A stretch of 64,000 nt of DNA from a bacterium. GTDB taxonomy: Bacteria > Patescibacteriota > Minisyncoccia > UBA6257 > JAGOQP01. A program made the position numbers and the translations under genes. The DNA lies in NCBI GenBank assembly GCA_021801825.1, contig JAJYXK010000007.1, positions 24,509 to 88,508 on the forward strand, given 5' to 3'. Shown in pieces: positions 21,227 through 31,257 of the stretch. Position 1 is the first letter of the stretch. Every line of letters begins with the position of its first letter. Below the pieces are notes generated by a model. The model was given only the letters and a program-made list of their open reading frames with translations. It did no database searches and was not told the origin of the DNA.

Positions 21227-22987
21227 CTACATTTTTTCTTGTACCGTTATACCGAGAATACCAAGTCCATAGCGAATCGTACGAGCGGCAGTAGTGAGAA
21301 GTTGTATGCGCGCACTTCTTGTTGCAACGTTGGAATCACTCAAAATATGTGACTTTTCGTAAAGAGTGTTTATATTATTAGCGAGAGTAAACAAATACTC
21401 CGCAAGATGATGCAGTGATTGTGAAGAGGCTGAGGCCTCAATGGCGGCTTCAAATCGCACAAGAGATCGCATGAGTTCATAATCAGTCTTTGTTAGTTGA
21501 TTGTATGCCCGTGCAGTGTTTTGGCGTGGTGCCTTTGCGAGAATACTCATCACGCGTGCGTAGGTGTATTGTAGATAGGGGAAACTATTTCCTGAGAGAG
21601 AGAAGAGAGAATCAAAATCAAATGATATGTTTGAAGTACGGTTGCTACGGAGCATGCTGTATTTAATAACCCCCGAAGAAACCGTTTGGGCGGTCTGATC
21701 TAATTGCGTGTTGGATTGATTTGTTTGTTTTTCTTTCTGCGTGTCTTTCGCGTGAGCAAGTACTTCAGTAAACACTTCATCGGCTGTCACAATATCTCCT
21801 TTCCTAGTTGAGAACTTTTTTCCCAATGAATTTAATACCATACCAAACGAAACATGCTCAAAAGGAATAGTGGTGAGTTTTAATATAGAATTAATCGCTT
21901 GAAGTTGCTGAAAGTGAAGCGATTGTTCATTACCCACAATGTAGAGCATGCGCACGGGGTGTATCTTTCGCGCTCGGTACAATAGACTCACTAAGTCTCG
22001 GGTAAGATATAATGTCGCTCCGTCAGATTTTTGAATAAGTCCAGGTGGAAGGTGATATGAGTCAAGAGAGACAATAGTTGCTCCATCGCTGGTGGTTGCT
22101 TTTCCTGAGCGAAGTAGTTTCTGTATAAATGGAGTAAGTCGTGACTCGTAAAAACTTTCTCCAATAATATAATCAAATCGCACATCTAACGCCGCATACA
22201 TTCTCTGAAATTCCTTGAGAGATTGATCTACGATGTATTTCCAGATGCGGCGGTTTGCCGAATGTCCTTTTTCAAGATCATTAAATTCTTTTCGCGCCTC
22301 ATCTTCAAGCGAGGGGTCATCTTTTGCTTCCTCGTGAAATCGTACATAGAGTTTTTGTAATTCAGTAATAGGGTCTTTTTCTATTACCGTGTGATCTCCC
22401 CATTTTTTATATGCTACGAGCAGCTTCCCAAATTGAGTGCCCCAATCTCCCAAATGGTTCCAGGCGATGGTTTTATATCCCATGTGGTTATAGAGGTGCA
22501 CTAGAGCATTCCCGAGTATGGTTGCGCGGAGATGCCCAATGCTCATAGGCTTTGCAATGTTAGGAGAAGAAAATTCTATAATGATTTTCTTTTTAAAAAA
22601 TCGTTTGCGAGGAGCGGGAGAAGAAAGCTTTTGAGCAATGCGTGCCCATCCGGAAGGGGTGATAAAGAAATTTAAAAATCCTCCTCCGGCGACCTCAATG
22701 TGTATATATTCTTTAAATTCAGATGATAATGATTGTTGTATAGAGATGCTTATTTCTTGAGCAATTTCTAGTGGAGATTTTTTAAATAAAGGTGCATATA
22801 AAAAAGGAGCATTGGTAGAAAAATCTCCAAAAGTAGCTATTTCTTTAGTCTCCAGTTCAAAATGAGGGAATGGAGTAGGGTGCGATAGATGATGTGATTC
22901 TGCAAGTTTTTCAAAGGCGCCCTGAATTATAGTGTGAATATATTTTTCTGGATGCCGAGAAAAGAGCTCTAATTGACCTGATTTCAT
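21227..22987 (-). CDS. argS: Arginine--tRNA ligase
   Basis: IEFSSPNIAKPMSIGHLR, NHLGDWGTQFG, KSDGATLYLTRD, YLQYTYAR. Confidence 0.97.
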   Translation of the reverse strand: MKSGQLELFSRHPEKYIHTIIQGAFEKLAESHHLSHPTPFPHFELETKEIATFGDFSTNAPFLYAPLFKKSPLEIAQEISISIQQSLSSEFKEYIHIEVAGGGFLNFFITPSGWARIAQKLSSPAPRKRFFKKKIIIEFSSPNIAKPMSIGHLRATILGNALVHLYNHMGYKTIAWNHLGDWGTQFGKLLVAYKKWGDHTVIEKDPITELQKLYVRFHEEAKDDPSLEDEARKEFNDLEKGHSANRRIWKYIVDQSLKEFQRMYAALDVRFDYIIGESFYESRLTPFIQKLLRSGKATTSDGATIVSLDSYHLPPGLIQKSDGATLYLTRDLVSLLYRARKIHPVRMLYIVGNEQSLHFQQLQAINSILKLTTIPFEHVSFGMVLNSLGKKFSTRKGDIVTADEVFTEVLAHAKDTQKEKQTNQSNTQLDQTAQTVSSGVIKYSMLRSNRTSNISFDFDSLFSLSGNSFPYLQYTYARVMSILAKAPRQNTARAYNQLTKTDYELMRSLVRFEAAIEASASSQSLHHLAEYLFTLANNINTLYEKSHILSDSNVATRSARIQLLTTAARTIRYGLGILGITVQEKM

Positions 22988-23107
22988 AGTATGCATTAAT
23001 AATACTGAATTTTTCAAAATATGCTATAGTATATAGGTACATAGCCTCACCGTTTTACAGAGGAGGCTGAAACACATTAAAAGGTCGGGCACATATATCT
23101 ATCTAAT

Positions 23108-23335
23108 ATGCAAAAATTAAATGCATTAGACTGGATTACTCTCATCCTCGTCATCATTGGTGGATTGAATTGGGGACTTGTCGGCCTGTTTAATTTTAAC
23201 TTGGTAACCGCCATATTTGGTGAGAATATTGTTTCCAGTATCATTTTTGTTATTGTGGGTCTTTCGGCGTTGTATCTTGCGATTGGCGCCGGATCATTCT
23301 CAAAGAAGGGAAGCGTTGCGGGAGATCAGGTGTAG
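23108..23335 (+). CDS. DUF378-family small membrane protein
   Basis: LVIIGGLNWGLVGLFNFNLV signature. Confidence 0.9.
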   Translation: MQKLNALDWITLILVIIGGLNWGLVGLFNFNLVTAIFGENIVSSIIFVIVGLSALYLAIGAGSFSKKGSVAGDQV

Positions 23336-23359
23336 CAACATGTATTGGCCCAAGAGAAA

Positions 23360-23395
23360 TATAAAATCCACTCAATATATTGAGTGGATTTTATA
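23360..23395. terminator. Perfect 36-bp palindrome, likely bidirectional terminator
   Basis: TATAAAATCCACTCAATA|TATTGAGTGGATTTTATA between convergent genes. Confidence 0.65.
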
Positions 23396-23451
23396 ACAAG
23401 GTTTTCTTTTGCTATTTTCCCGTATCCTCTGTCTATTTTTTTGTATGCTTT

Positions 23452-23497
23452 TCGTTGTCCATTATTACTGACGATCGTCAGTAATAATGGACAACGA
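23452..23497. repeat. Perfect 46-bp palindrome
   Basis: TCGTTGTCCATTATTACTGACGA|TCGTCAGTAATAATGGACAACGA. Confidence 0.85.
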
Positions 23498-23533
23498 GAT
23501 TTACCTACATTATATAACTACATAATTACCCAA

Positions 23534-24574
23534 CTATAGAAATGGCTCTTTCTTGTGTATTTGTGCGTAGGTTTCAAGAAGCGTCACAAACAACGCAACT
23601 ACCACAGGACCTAATATAAATCCTAAGGGTCCAAAGAATGCAACACCACCTAAGATGGCGAGCAAAGTGATGATGGGGTGGAGTTTTAGTCCTTTATCAA
23701 TGAGTATAGGAGCAAGTGTATTATCTATGAGTCCAACTGCAATGGCTGACCAAATAATGAGTCCAAATGCGGAGGTGGGATTTCCAGTCGCAAAGAGATA
23801 TATGATGGAAGGAATGGTTACTATTGATGTTCCAAATGTAGGAACTAAAGCCGCGAGCGCCGCGAGCGCTCCCCACACCATAGGATTCGGAACTCCAAAT
23901 AGAGTAAATCCTACACTACAAATAATACCCTGCAAGATGGAAACGGTGAGATTCCCTCTGAGCACCGAATTTATACTCTCGCGAACTCTACGAATAACCA
24001 TTTCATCATAGGGATCGGGGATAGGGCTGATTCGCTTTACTAAAGCAACTAATTTTGTTTTGTGTTTGAGAATAAAGAAAAGAGAGAAAAGCGCCACCAA
24101 AACATCAGCAAGCGCTACCACCAAACCAGAGAATACCGGCCCTATGTTTTGTACCACAAAAGAAAGCGCCTGTTGTATATACACATCAATAGATTCCGCG
24201 ATGTGAGGATTCATACGCGTCACAAAGTTAGGAATAAGATTATTTATTCCTCTCACAATTTCAGAAGTTGGTTGGTTTGCGATGGAGGTATATAGGTTTT
24301 GGGCCCCCTCTACAATTTTCCATCCAAAGAATCCAACAGGAATGGCAACAATAAATATGACCAATATTACAGAAACCAGGGCCGCAAGCGTGGTCTTTTG
24401 TCTAAAGAGTTTTACTAAGTGGTTATATAATGGCTCTACCGCAATAGCGATAATAAGGGCAAGAAGGATTGAATATAGATAGGGGCCGAAAACAAAGAAA
24501 GATATAATTCCCACAATTGCAATGAGTGTGATGAAAAATATCTCCTGGGCATTTATAATTGGTTTGTTTTGCAT
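23534..24574 (-). CDS. AI-2E family transporter
   Basis: Multi-TM; DNTLAPIL..GLKLHP, GG...FG..G.ILGP motifs. Confidence 0.9.
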   Translation of the reverse strand: MQNKPIINAQEIFFITLIAIVGIISFFVFGPYLYSILLALIIAIAVEPLYNHLVKLFRQKTTLAALVSVILVIFIVAIPVGFFGWKIVEGAQNLYTSIANQPTSEIVRGINNLIPNFVTRMNPHIAESIDVYIQQALSFVVQNIGPVFSGLVVALADVLVALFSLFFILKHKTKLVALVKRISPIPDPYDEMVIRRVRESINSVLRGNLTVSILQGIICSVGFTLFGVPNPMVWGALAALAALVPTFGTSIVTIPSIIYLFATGNPTSAFGLIIWSAIAVGLIDNTLAPILIDKGLKLHPIITLLAILGGVAFFGPLGFILGPVVVALFVTLLETYAQIHKKEPFL

Positions 24575-24635
24575 ATGACTAAGTATACGGCATAACAAAA
24601 ATATGGTAAAGCAATATGCTATGATAGATAACAAT

Positions 24636-25448
24636 ATGACCACGAAGGCATTTCAAAGAAAAATCTGGAATTATTACAACAAACACAAACGCTCTATGCC
24701 GTGGCGAACGCGCGTGACCCCATATTATATATTGGTCTCTGAAATTATGTTACAGCAGACACAAGTCTCTCGTGTATTACAAATCTTTCCTGCATTTATT
24801 AAAGAATTTCCAACAATAACATCTCTCGCGCAAGCCACCCTAGCACAGGTACTAAAAGCATGGCAGGGACTAGGATATAACCGTCGCGCGCTCTATTTGC
24901 ACAGAAGCGCCCGAATTATTAAGGAACGGTACAAGGGAATTATCCCCAAGGACAGGGAACTATTGCAAACACTGCCTGGTATTGGTCCAAATACTGCCGG
25001 ATCTTTGTGCGCGTTTGCATTTAACCAACCAACTATTTTTATAGAAACAAATATTCGTAGTGTGTTTATCCACCATTTTTTTAAGAATGCAAAAAAAGTA
25101 TCCGATAAAGAAATTCTTGCTATAGTAAGAAAAACACTAGATACACAAAGGCCTCGTGAATGGTATTGGGCACTCATGGACTATGGAACGGAATTAAAAA
25201 GAAAAGAAGGTAATCCTAATAAGAAAAGCGCGCATTACACACAACAAAGCACCTTCAAGGGATCTTCACGACAACTTCGAGGAATGATATTGAAAGTATT
25301 ATTGACAACGGATGCAGGAATGACCGCGGGAGAAATTGGAAAGCGGGTGCGCAAAACACCAGATGAACTAAAAAAGTTGTTAGCTCAATTATGTGATGAG
25401 GGTTTTATTGTGTGTAATCGCGCTCGGTATTACATCGTTTCTCACTAA
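24636..25448 (+). CDS. mutY: A/G-specific adenine glycosylase (MutY-like, HhH-GPD)
   Basis: PWR...PYYILVSEIMLQQTQV, WQGLGYNRRA, LPGIGPNTA. Confidence 0.88.
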   Translation: MTTKAFQRKIWNYYNKHKRSMPWRTRVTPYYILVSEIMLQQTQVSRVLQIFPAFIKEFPTITSLAQATLAQVLKAWQGLGYNRRALYLHRSARIIKERYKGIIPKDRELLQTLPGIGPNTAGSLCAFAFNQPTIFIETNIRSVFIHHFFKNAKKVSDKEILAIVRKTLDTQRPREWYWALMDYGTELKRKEGNPNKKSAHYTQQSTFKGSSRQLRGMILKVLLTTDAGMTAGEIGKRVRKTPDELKKLLAQLCDEGFIVCNRARYYIVSH

Positions 25449-26524
25449 AACACTTTCAAAGTGCGAAGTATTTCGTCAAATAATTTCTTTTGATTATCAA
25501 AAGAGATAAACAGGGGTGTGGTTTTGTAACTGATTAGGGTGGTTTCGTCTATATATGTGCGAGTGATGAGGAGGGTTCTTGTTTCGGTAAGGGGGAGGGC
25601 ATATTCGTATAAGCCTTCGCCCTCAGCCCCCATAGAAGAGATTGAACCAGTGATATCTCCAAGAGTAAATGGTTCAGGGGACTGTCCAGTGCTTGATGCT
25701 ATTGCTTTCACAACTTCATCATAAGTAGCGGAGACATTATTAAGCTGAAGTTGCATGTTGGCGGTGGTGGGAGTACACGCGCCAGAGGGCGCACAATGTT
25801 TTGTGGGAATACGATATATGATAGTAGCTCCCGAGGAAGTGAGTCCTGAAAGAGTAGTGGTGTTTTTTGATTTTATAAATACACGCGGATAAGAAATAGA
25901 AAATGATTTCTGTGGATCGGTGTAAGTAGTCCAAGAAGAACTATCTTTTGTAGAAATCAAAAAATATGAGGGGTCGCAATATTTATTCTCAAGAGAACAT
26001 CCTACCTGAATCCAATCATAAAAGGTTTGAGGATTTTGATTGATTGCAAATATAACATGTTGTATGGAAGAAAATTGAGTAAGGGTATTAGTTACTTGTG
26101 CAAGAAACGCGCTTGATCCGCATGAGGAAGAAAGTTGTGATTGAGTTTTTCTAATATCCTGCAGATCTATGTAAGCAGTTCCATCCTCTATAGCAATATC
26201 AATAAGGGGTGAAGTTGTGGTGGTGAGCGCGCTGGAATATCCTTTCTGGATTTCATCTGCGGTTGGTCCTGCAAACAACTGTGCAAGCGCGGCACGCGCT
26301 ACGCCGGTGGTATAGGGGATGGTGCGTTTCACTGGTAGTACCGCCGAACAATCATTTTGAGAAACATTTTTTTGGGAAAAGAATACAGAAAAGGTTATTG
26401 TTTTTTCTTCGTCTTTTGCGGTAGGAGAGGTGACTAGAGAAAGATCTAATATATAAAAAAATAACCCCGCCACTATGATTGCGGTTATTCCTATAAACAT
26501 GAGCCAGCGATATCTTTGAGGCAT
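25445..26524 (-). CDS. Membrane-anchored GerMN-domain protein
   Basis: LPVKR...ARAALAQLFAGPT..E...GYSS, TLTQF..I..V GerMN pattern. Confidence 0.75.
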   Translation of the reverse strand: MPQRYRWLMFIGITAIIVAGLFFYILDLSLVTSPTAKDEEKTITFSVFFSQKNVSQNDCSAVLPVKRTIPYTTGVARAALAQLFAGPTADEIQKGYSSALTTTTSPLIDIAIEDGTAYIDLQDIRKTQSQLSSSCGSSAFLAQVTNTLTQFSSIQHVIFAINQNPQTFYDWIQVGCSLENKYCDPSYFLISTKDSSSWTTYTDPQKSFSISYPRVFIKSKNTTTLSGLTSSGATIIYRIPTKHCAPSGACTPTTANMQLQLNNVSATYDEVVKAIASSTGQSPEPFTLGDITGSISSMGAEGEGLYEYALPLTETRTLLITRTYIDETTLISYKTTPLFISFDNQKKLFDEILRTLKVF

Positions 26525-26605
26525 AAAAATAGTATGCGCGTTCTATCGGTGGAATTCAATAATGCTCCATGTTGTTTAGTGAAGTATGCTACACTGAAAT
26601 ATCGT

Positions 26606-27028
26606 ATGAAAAATATTTGGCAGGAAAACAAATACATTGACCTTTGGTCACTCAATCACTTTTTGTCTGGAGCTAGTCTCGCGGGTGTCGCATGGTATTT
26701 TAAAATCAGTTTTATTCTCGCAATAATTATTTCGGTAGCAATATTTATAGCGTGGGAGTTTATTGAATACTATACAAAAGTGGGAGAATCTCAGATAAAT
26801 CAGATATCAGATATTATTATTGCGATCATTGGCTTTTGTGTTTTTTATTTTATACAGACCCCACTTCTTTTATTGATGGTTATCACGGTGTTTTTAATTT
26901 TAGAAACATGGGGGTATTTGTATAAGTTTGTTGAAAAGCAAAGGGAATCTCCTAAGTACATGCCTATTATTTGTATTATTGCGGTGTTTATATATGTTGT
27001 TTGGTATGCATTTAGGATTATCTTTTAG
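26606..27028 (+). CDS. Hypothetical membrane protein
   Basis: DLWSLNHFLSG..WE..E pattern, several TMs. Confidence 0.7.
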   Translation: MKNIWQENKYIDLWSLNHFLSGASLAGVAWYFKISFILAIIISVAIFIAWEFIEYYTKVGESQINQISDIIIAIIGFCVFYFIQTPLLLLMVITVFLILETWGYLYKFVEKQRESPKYMPIICIIAVFIYVVWYAFRIIF

Positions 27029-27102
27029 AATTTCTTTTTAATCAAAATACCCCCATATGGGGGTATTTTGATTTATAGGTGATTGCGTTTTTGGCGTGGG
27101 TA

Positions 27103-27333
27103 TTATAAATGCAAGAATCCTAAAAGTTGATATATAAGAAGCGCGGGCCATATAATCGCCTTTAAAACTCCGAGAACCCCCATCCAAAAAGTGTCTGCTT
27201 GTTGGATAAAATAAACCGCAGCTCCCACGAACGCCATGCCGTATACAGCGCACGGAGTAGAACCAGCGCGACATTTTTTACATTTGTGATGTGAACACAT
27301 ATCGTGTTCTTGTTTTTGTGTTTCGTTTTCCAT
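27103..27333 (-). CDS. Small membrane protein
   Basis: AVYGMAFVGAAVYFIQ.A..FW.GVLGVLKAIIWP; two TMs. Confidence 0.75.
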   Translation of the reverse strand: MENETQKQEHDMCSHHKCKKCRAGSTPCAVYGMAFVGAAVYFIQQADTFWMGVLGVLKAIIWPALLIYQLLGFLHL

Positions 27334-27338
27334 ATTTT

Positions 27339-28352
27339 TTAATTATTAATTATAGTGATTGCTAAGGGATTGCTTTGGGTAGAGGTCGCGGAGAGATCAT
27401 ATATATTTGAAACGCGCATGGTGTGATACCCCGCGGATATAGTTTGAGGAACCGTAAATACAAAAATGGTTCCATCGGGAGAAACATATGATGCTTTGGT
27501 GCTTCCATTAAATGAATCATCAAAATAGACAAATGAATTGTTGGTAAATCCAGATCCATATAGTACTGCGCCTGTTTTTGCGTCCGCAGTTAAAGTATTT
27601 TTTGGAAGAATAGATTGTATCACTAAGGGTTTTTGAGCGATGGTAAATACCTTACTCGTTTGATCAAGGGGTGATGGTCCGCCGACCTGATTCTGTACCC
27701 GAATACGATAATTTCCAGAAGCAATAGACGATGTATCTCCCGAAAGCATAGCTCCTACCCGCCACGTATATTGTTTTTCAGGGAATCCTCCGAGTGATAT
27801 GTATCCTTTTCCAACACCATTCTCATCTTCAAGTAGTATAGAATACGCAATGATATTTGAGGGAGCGGTCCAGGCAATAGAAATATAATCTCCCACTACA
27901 ACCGAGGTTCCTTGCGTGGGGGTGGTTACTACAATTGCGGAGGGATTTGTTGCGGAGGTAGTGGTTGTAACAGAGGGAGTAGAGGGGGAAGCTGGTAGCG
28001 TAGGAGTAATGGCAGGACAACTATTTTTTTGTATAGCGGCTCTGGTGAGTGGTCCGGTTACTCCCGTTGTTTGAATACCATATGCGGATTGAAATTTTTT
28101 AACCGCGGAGAGTGTTGCGGGACCAAAAACCCCGTTTGGTTGAGCGGTAAGATATCCGGTTGCAAAAAGATAGTTTTGTAATGAACGTATTTGTCCTCCC
28201 ATAGTGAGGTCGGTTGATCCCTGATATAAATTAGTGGTAATGAGCGTACAAGAAAGTGTCGCGGCGTACGTGGAAGAGCAACTTTCAAATAATATGATTG
28301 TTATACAGATGTTAATAAAAAGCGCCGAATATTTTCTCAAGTTGATTTTCAT
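27339..28352 (-). CDS. Secreted peptidoglycan-binding protein with Ig-like/IPT domains
   Basis: LQNYL...GYL....NGVFGPATLSAVKKFQ...GI..TG.TGPLTRA; LYGSGFT IPT-like C-terminus. Confidence 0.8.
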   Translation of the reverse strand: MKINLRKYSALFINICITIILFESCSSTYAATLSCTLITTNLYQGSTDLTMGGQIRSLQNYLFATGYLTAQPNGVFGPATLSAVKKFQSAYGIQTTGVTGPLTRAAIQKNSCPAITPTLPASPSTPSVTTTTSATNPSAIVVTTPTQGTSVVVGDYISIAWTAPSNIIAYSILLEDENGVGKGYISLGGFPEKQYTWRVGAMLSGDTSSIASGNYRIRVQNQVGGPSPLDQTSKVFTIAQKPLVIQSILPKNTLTADAKTGAVLYGSGFTNNSFVYFDDSFNGSTKASYVSPDGTIFVFTVPQTISAGYHTMRVSNIYDLSATSTQSNPLAITIINN

Positions 28353-28498
28353 ATAGATATATCTTATCGCCTTTCTATTTTTCAAACAACCCAACTCAAG
28401 ATTTTTCATAATTTCTTGCGATTGAAATATGTTAAAAAACAAAAAAATCCCGCCGAGGAAAAGGGGCGGGACATATCTAACTTAAACAAAAAGGTTTG

Positions 28499-28572
28499 CA
28501 CCGGCGGAGGGAGTCGAACCCCCAACTTGCGGTTTTGGAGACCGTTGCTCTAGCCAATTGAGCTACGCCGGC
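28499..28572 (-). tRNA. tRNA-Trp (CCA)
   Basis: Reverse complement GCCGGCGTAGCTCAATTGGCTAGAGCAACGGT-CT-CCA-AA-ACCGC..GGTTCGACTCC..CGCCGGT-G. Confidence 0.95.
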
Positions 28573-28590
28573 AGAAACCTTATTTATAAA

Positions 28591-29937
28591 CTAATTACTC
28601 AAAGTGCTAATGAAGTCGTCTATATCCTTTTTAGTAACATGTGGCATGATCGTAAATCGATATACTAGGATAGTACGTTTTATGATCATAGTCTTTTCAT
28701 CGCGCTCTGTCAAGTCTTTAGGAAAATGATCCTGTACAATACAAAATTGTTCTCGTATTTCTGAAAACCGCTTTTTTAAATTCCGCGAAAGTCTAACGGT
28801 TAAGATGTTTGTGCGGCCCTTGTAGATTTGTATTCCGGGAATAGTTTTCAGGGCGTCCTCTAAGTATTGGCGATGCTTCATGCATCTCTGTATTATTTCA
28901 TTGAATCCTTCATACCCGTGCTGTTGAAGTGTTGCCCAACATGCTGCAGCGATTGCTCCAGACCGAGATCCAGGAATAGTATAGTCGGTGTGTCCATAGA
29001 TATATCGCGCGGTTGTTTTAGTAAATTCAAGGAATCCTTTGCGGCATAAGAATATACCAGCAGAATAAGGAACCCACCCTGTCTTATGGGCATCAATAGA
29101 TACAGATCCTACTAAGGGATGCTGGAATGCAAATTTACAATCCGGTTCTATAAATGGAATTACAAATCCGCCAAAAGCGGCATCTACATGAACATATGCG
29201 GCCATGTATAATTCAGATCTTAGACGCTCTAGGGTCTTACAGATTTCATACACGGGATCAATACTGCCCATATTAGTTGTTCCGGCTGTAAGAAAAACAG
29301 CAAATCGCCGGTAACCTTTTTTGTGGTGTGCGCGGATTTCTTCTTCTACAACGCGCGGTTCTAATTCGCCGTTATTATCCGTGGGGAGTTCCAGGAGCAT
29401 GTTGCTGTGTTTGCAGCTTTCATTAGGGTTCTTTCCCAAAAGACGATGAAAGGCCTTCTCAATGCTGTAGTGAAATAGAAATGATCGAAGGACTACAATT
29501 CCTTGGTTTTCACCTTCGGTAACGGTTATATCTTTCCACAGCTTATTTCGAGCGAGCCACAATCCGTGGTCATTTCCATCGGTTCCACCGGTACATAAAT
29601 ATCCATCTATTTTTTTAGAAGGATTTTTAACGCCGATCATTTGCGCTACGCCATATATGAATTCTCTCTCAAGTTTTTGGGTACCCGCAAAACCCATCTC
29701 AGATGGTTTTTCATCTGCTGATTTGGTATGGTAGCCGATATTATTTGGTTGTCTCTTAGAGAACATGTTGTGAACTTGTAGCGCGAGTTTATTTGGTGTT
29801 GTCCCGGGGAATCCAAGAATTGGTTGGGATTCATAATTAATACATTGAGCAAGGGAGTCGATGAGTGTTTTGTTTATTTCTTGTATGTTGTTTCCTTTGT
29901 GAGGAAACCAGTCGGGGTCCTCTGTTTTCTTCTTCAT
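28591..29937 (-). CDS. Group II PLP-dependent amino-acid decarboxylase (MfnA/tyrosine-decarboxylase-like)
   Basis: TGGTDGN, TAGTT.MGSIDP, YVHVDAAFGGF, SIDAHK (PLP lysine), GSRSG. Confidence 0.9.
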   Translation of the reverse strand: MKKKTEDPDWFPHKGNNIQEINKTLIDSLAQCINYESQPILGFPGTTPNKLALQVHNMFSKRQPNNIGYHTKSADEKPSEMGFAGTQKLEREFIYGVAQMIGVKNPSKKIDGYLCTGGTDGNDHGLWLARNKLWKDITVTEGENQGIVVLRSFLFHYSIEKAFHRLLGKNPNESCKHSNMLLELPTDNNGELEPRVVEEEIRAHHKKGYRRFAVFLTAGTTNMGSIDPVYEICKTLERLRSELYMAAYVHVDAAFGGFVIPFIEPDCKFAFQHPLVGSVSIDAHKTGWVPYSAGIFLCRKGFLEFTKTTARYIYGHTDYTIPGSRSGAIAAACWATLQQHGYEGFNEIIQRCMKHRQYLEDALKTIPGIQIYKGRTNILTVRLSRNLKKRFSEIREQFCIVQDHFPKDLTERDEKTMIIKRTILVYRFTIMPHVTKKDIDDFISTLSN

Positions 29938-29938
29938 A

Positions 29939-30961
29939 TCATCCTCCGTTGAAGAATTTATTTTTAATGCCTATTTTATCGCGTATTTCCGCGATGGTTT
30001 CATTAAATATCGGTGTTACATAAGCTTTTCCTGCCTCAAGAACGTCTCTTATAAGGCTGGGTTTTTCCAATAGCTGTATGCGTTGCTCTCTAAATTCTTC
30101 CAGAAGATTGTTTACATTAACCGAAAGTAATTTTTTGCAATCAATACAACCAATCGCAGCTTTTTCGCAACCGTTCTTGCTCCAATTAGTTTCGTCTGGA
30201 GCACTAATTAATTTGTGAAGTTGGAAAATAGAACAATGTTCCGGGTTTCCCTGGTCCGTCTTTCTTATGCGGTTCGGATCCGTGGGGGCGATTTTAATTT
30301 TACGCCATGTTTCTTCTGGATTTTCTAAGAGGACAATGGTGTTTCCGTCGCTCTTTCCCATTTTTGGAAATCCGTTTTCGTTCATGGCCGACAACCCGGG
30401 GACAGTTATCATTTCGTTTAGAAGGGCGTCCGGAATAGGAAAATTCGTTTTGTAAAGATGATTAAGTCTCCTTGTAAGCGAAATAGTTAACTCAAGATGC
30501 GCCTGCTGGTCTTTTCCAACAGGGACGAGGTTCGCCTGGGGACCGATAATATCTGCTGCCATAAGTACTGGATAATTAAATAGTCCAGCATTTACATCTT
30601 CGGGATGTTTAGCAACCTTATCCTTATAGGTGGGGAGCCCCTCTAAATCTTTTACCGGAGTTATACAGGATAGATACCAGGCAAGTTCAGTAACCTGTGG
30701 TACGTCAGATTGAAGATAGATAAAAGAATTTTCCAAACTAATCCCGGACGCAAGATAATCAATAACAATGTTAGGCATGTGTTGCTCAATCATCTGCGCC
30801 TCTTTCAGTGTGGTAAGGGTGTGTAAATCTGCCACAAAGAATAAACATTTGTAGCTACTATTTTTTGACATTTCTGCAAAACGGGTGAGTACGCCGAGAT
30901 AATTTCCAAGATGTAACTTTCCTGTTGCTCTAATGCCTGACAAAACAACCTTTTTTTGCAT
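29939..30961 (-). CDS. trpS: Tryptophan--tRNA ligase
   Basis: SGIRATGKLHLGNY, YPVLMAADI, VPVGKDQ..HLEL, KMGKS; AGGAG SD. Confidence 0.93.
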   Translation of the reverse strand: MQKKVVLSGIRATGKLHLGNYLGVLTRFAEMSKNSSYKCLFFVADLHTLTTLKEAQMIEQHMPNIVIDYLASGISLENSFIYLQSDVPQVTELAWYLSCITPVKDLEGLPTYKDKVAKHPEDVNAGLFNYPVLMAADIIGPQANLVPVGKDQQAHLELTISLTRRLNHLYKTNFPIPDALLNEMITVPGLSAMNENGFPKMGKSDGNTIVLLENPEETWRKIKIAPTDPNRIRKTDQGNPEHCSIFQLHKLISAPDETNWSKNGCEKAAIGCIDCKKLLSVNVNNLLEEFREQRIQLLEKPSLIRDVLEAGKAYVTPIFNETIAEIRDKIGIKNKFFNGG

Positions 30962-31081
30962 ACTACATCTCCTTTTAGCATTTGCTAAAGTTAGTTTTTT
31001 TGAATGACTTTATTATCAAATTTCTGATTTTATAATAAAACATTATATAAAAAGAGTCAATTTCATACTATAACAAAGTAT

Positions 31082-31111
31082 TTGACAAAAACACACCGAA
31101 GTGTTTACAAT
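31082..31111 (+). promoter_or_regulatory. Sigma70 promoter for the Trp leader
   Basis: TTGACA-N18-TACAAT ending 10 nt before the leader ATG. Confidence 0.7.
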
Positions 31112-31121
31112 AAAAGTATAT

Positions 31122-31190
31122 ATGTCTCACGCAGCTATTATAAGAAATGCAAGTTGGGCATGGTGGGTAATAAAACCTTTGTTCACATAG
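31122..31190 (+). CDS. Trp-rich leader peptide MSHAAIIRNASWAWWVIKPLFT
   Basis: 22-codon ORF with TGG GCA TGG TGG just after a promoter and before a terminator. Confidence 0.8.
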   Translation: MSHAAIIRNASWAWWVIKPLFT

Positions 31191-31257
31191 GTCTGCATTT
31201 TTCGCTTTTACAGTTTTTAACTAATAGACCTCTGTGATAAAGGTCTATTGTTTTATT
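31184..31257 (+). promoter_or_regulatory. Attenuator: antiterminator and terminator
   Basis: Terminator AATAGACCT(31223-31)/AGGTCTATT(31241-49)+GTTTTATT; alternative pairing CACATAGGTCT(31184-94) with AGACCTCTGTG(31226-36), 10 of 11. Confidence 0.75.
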
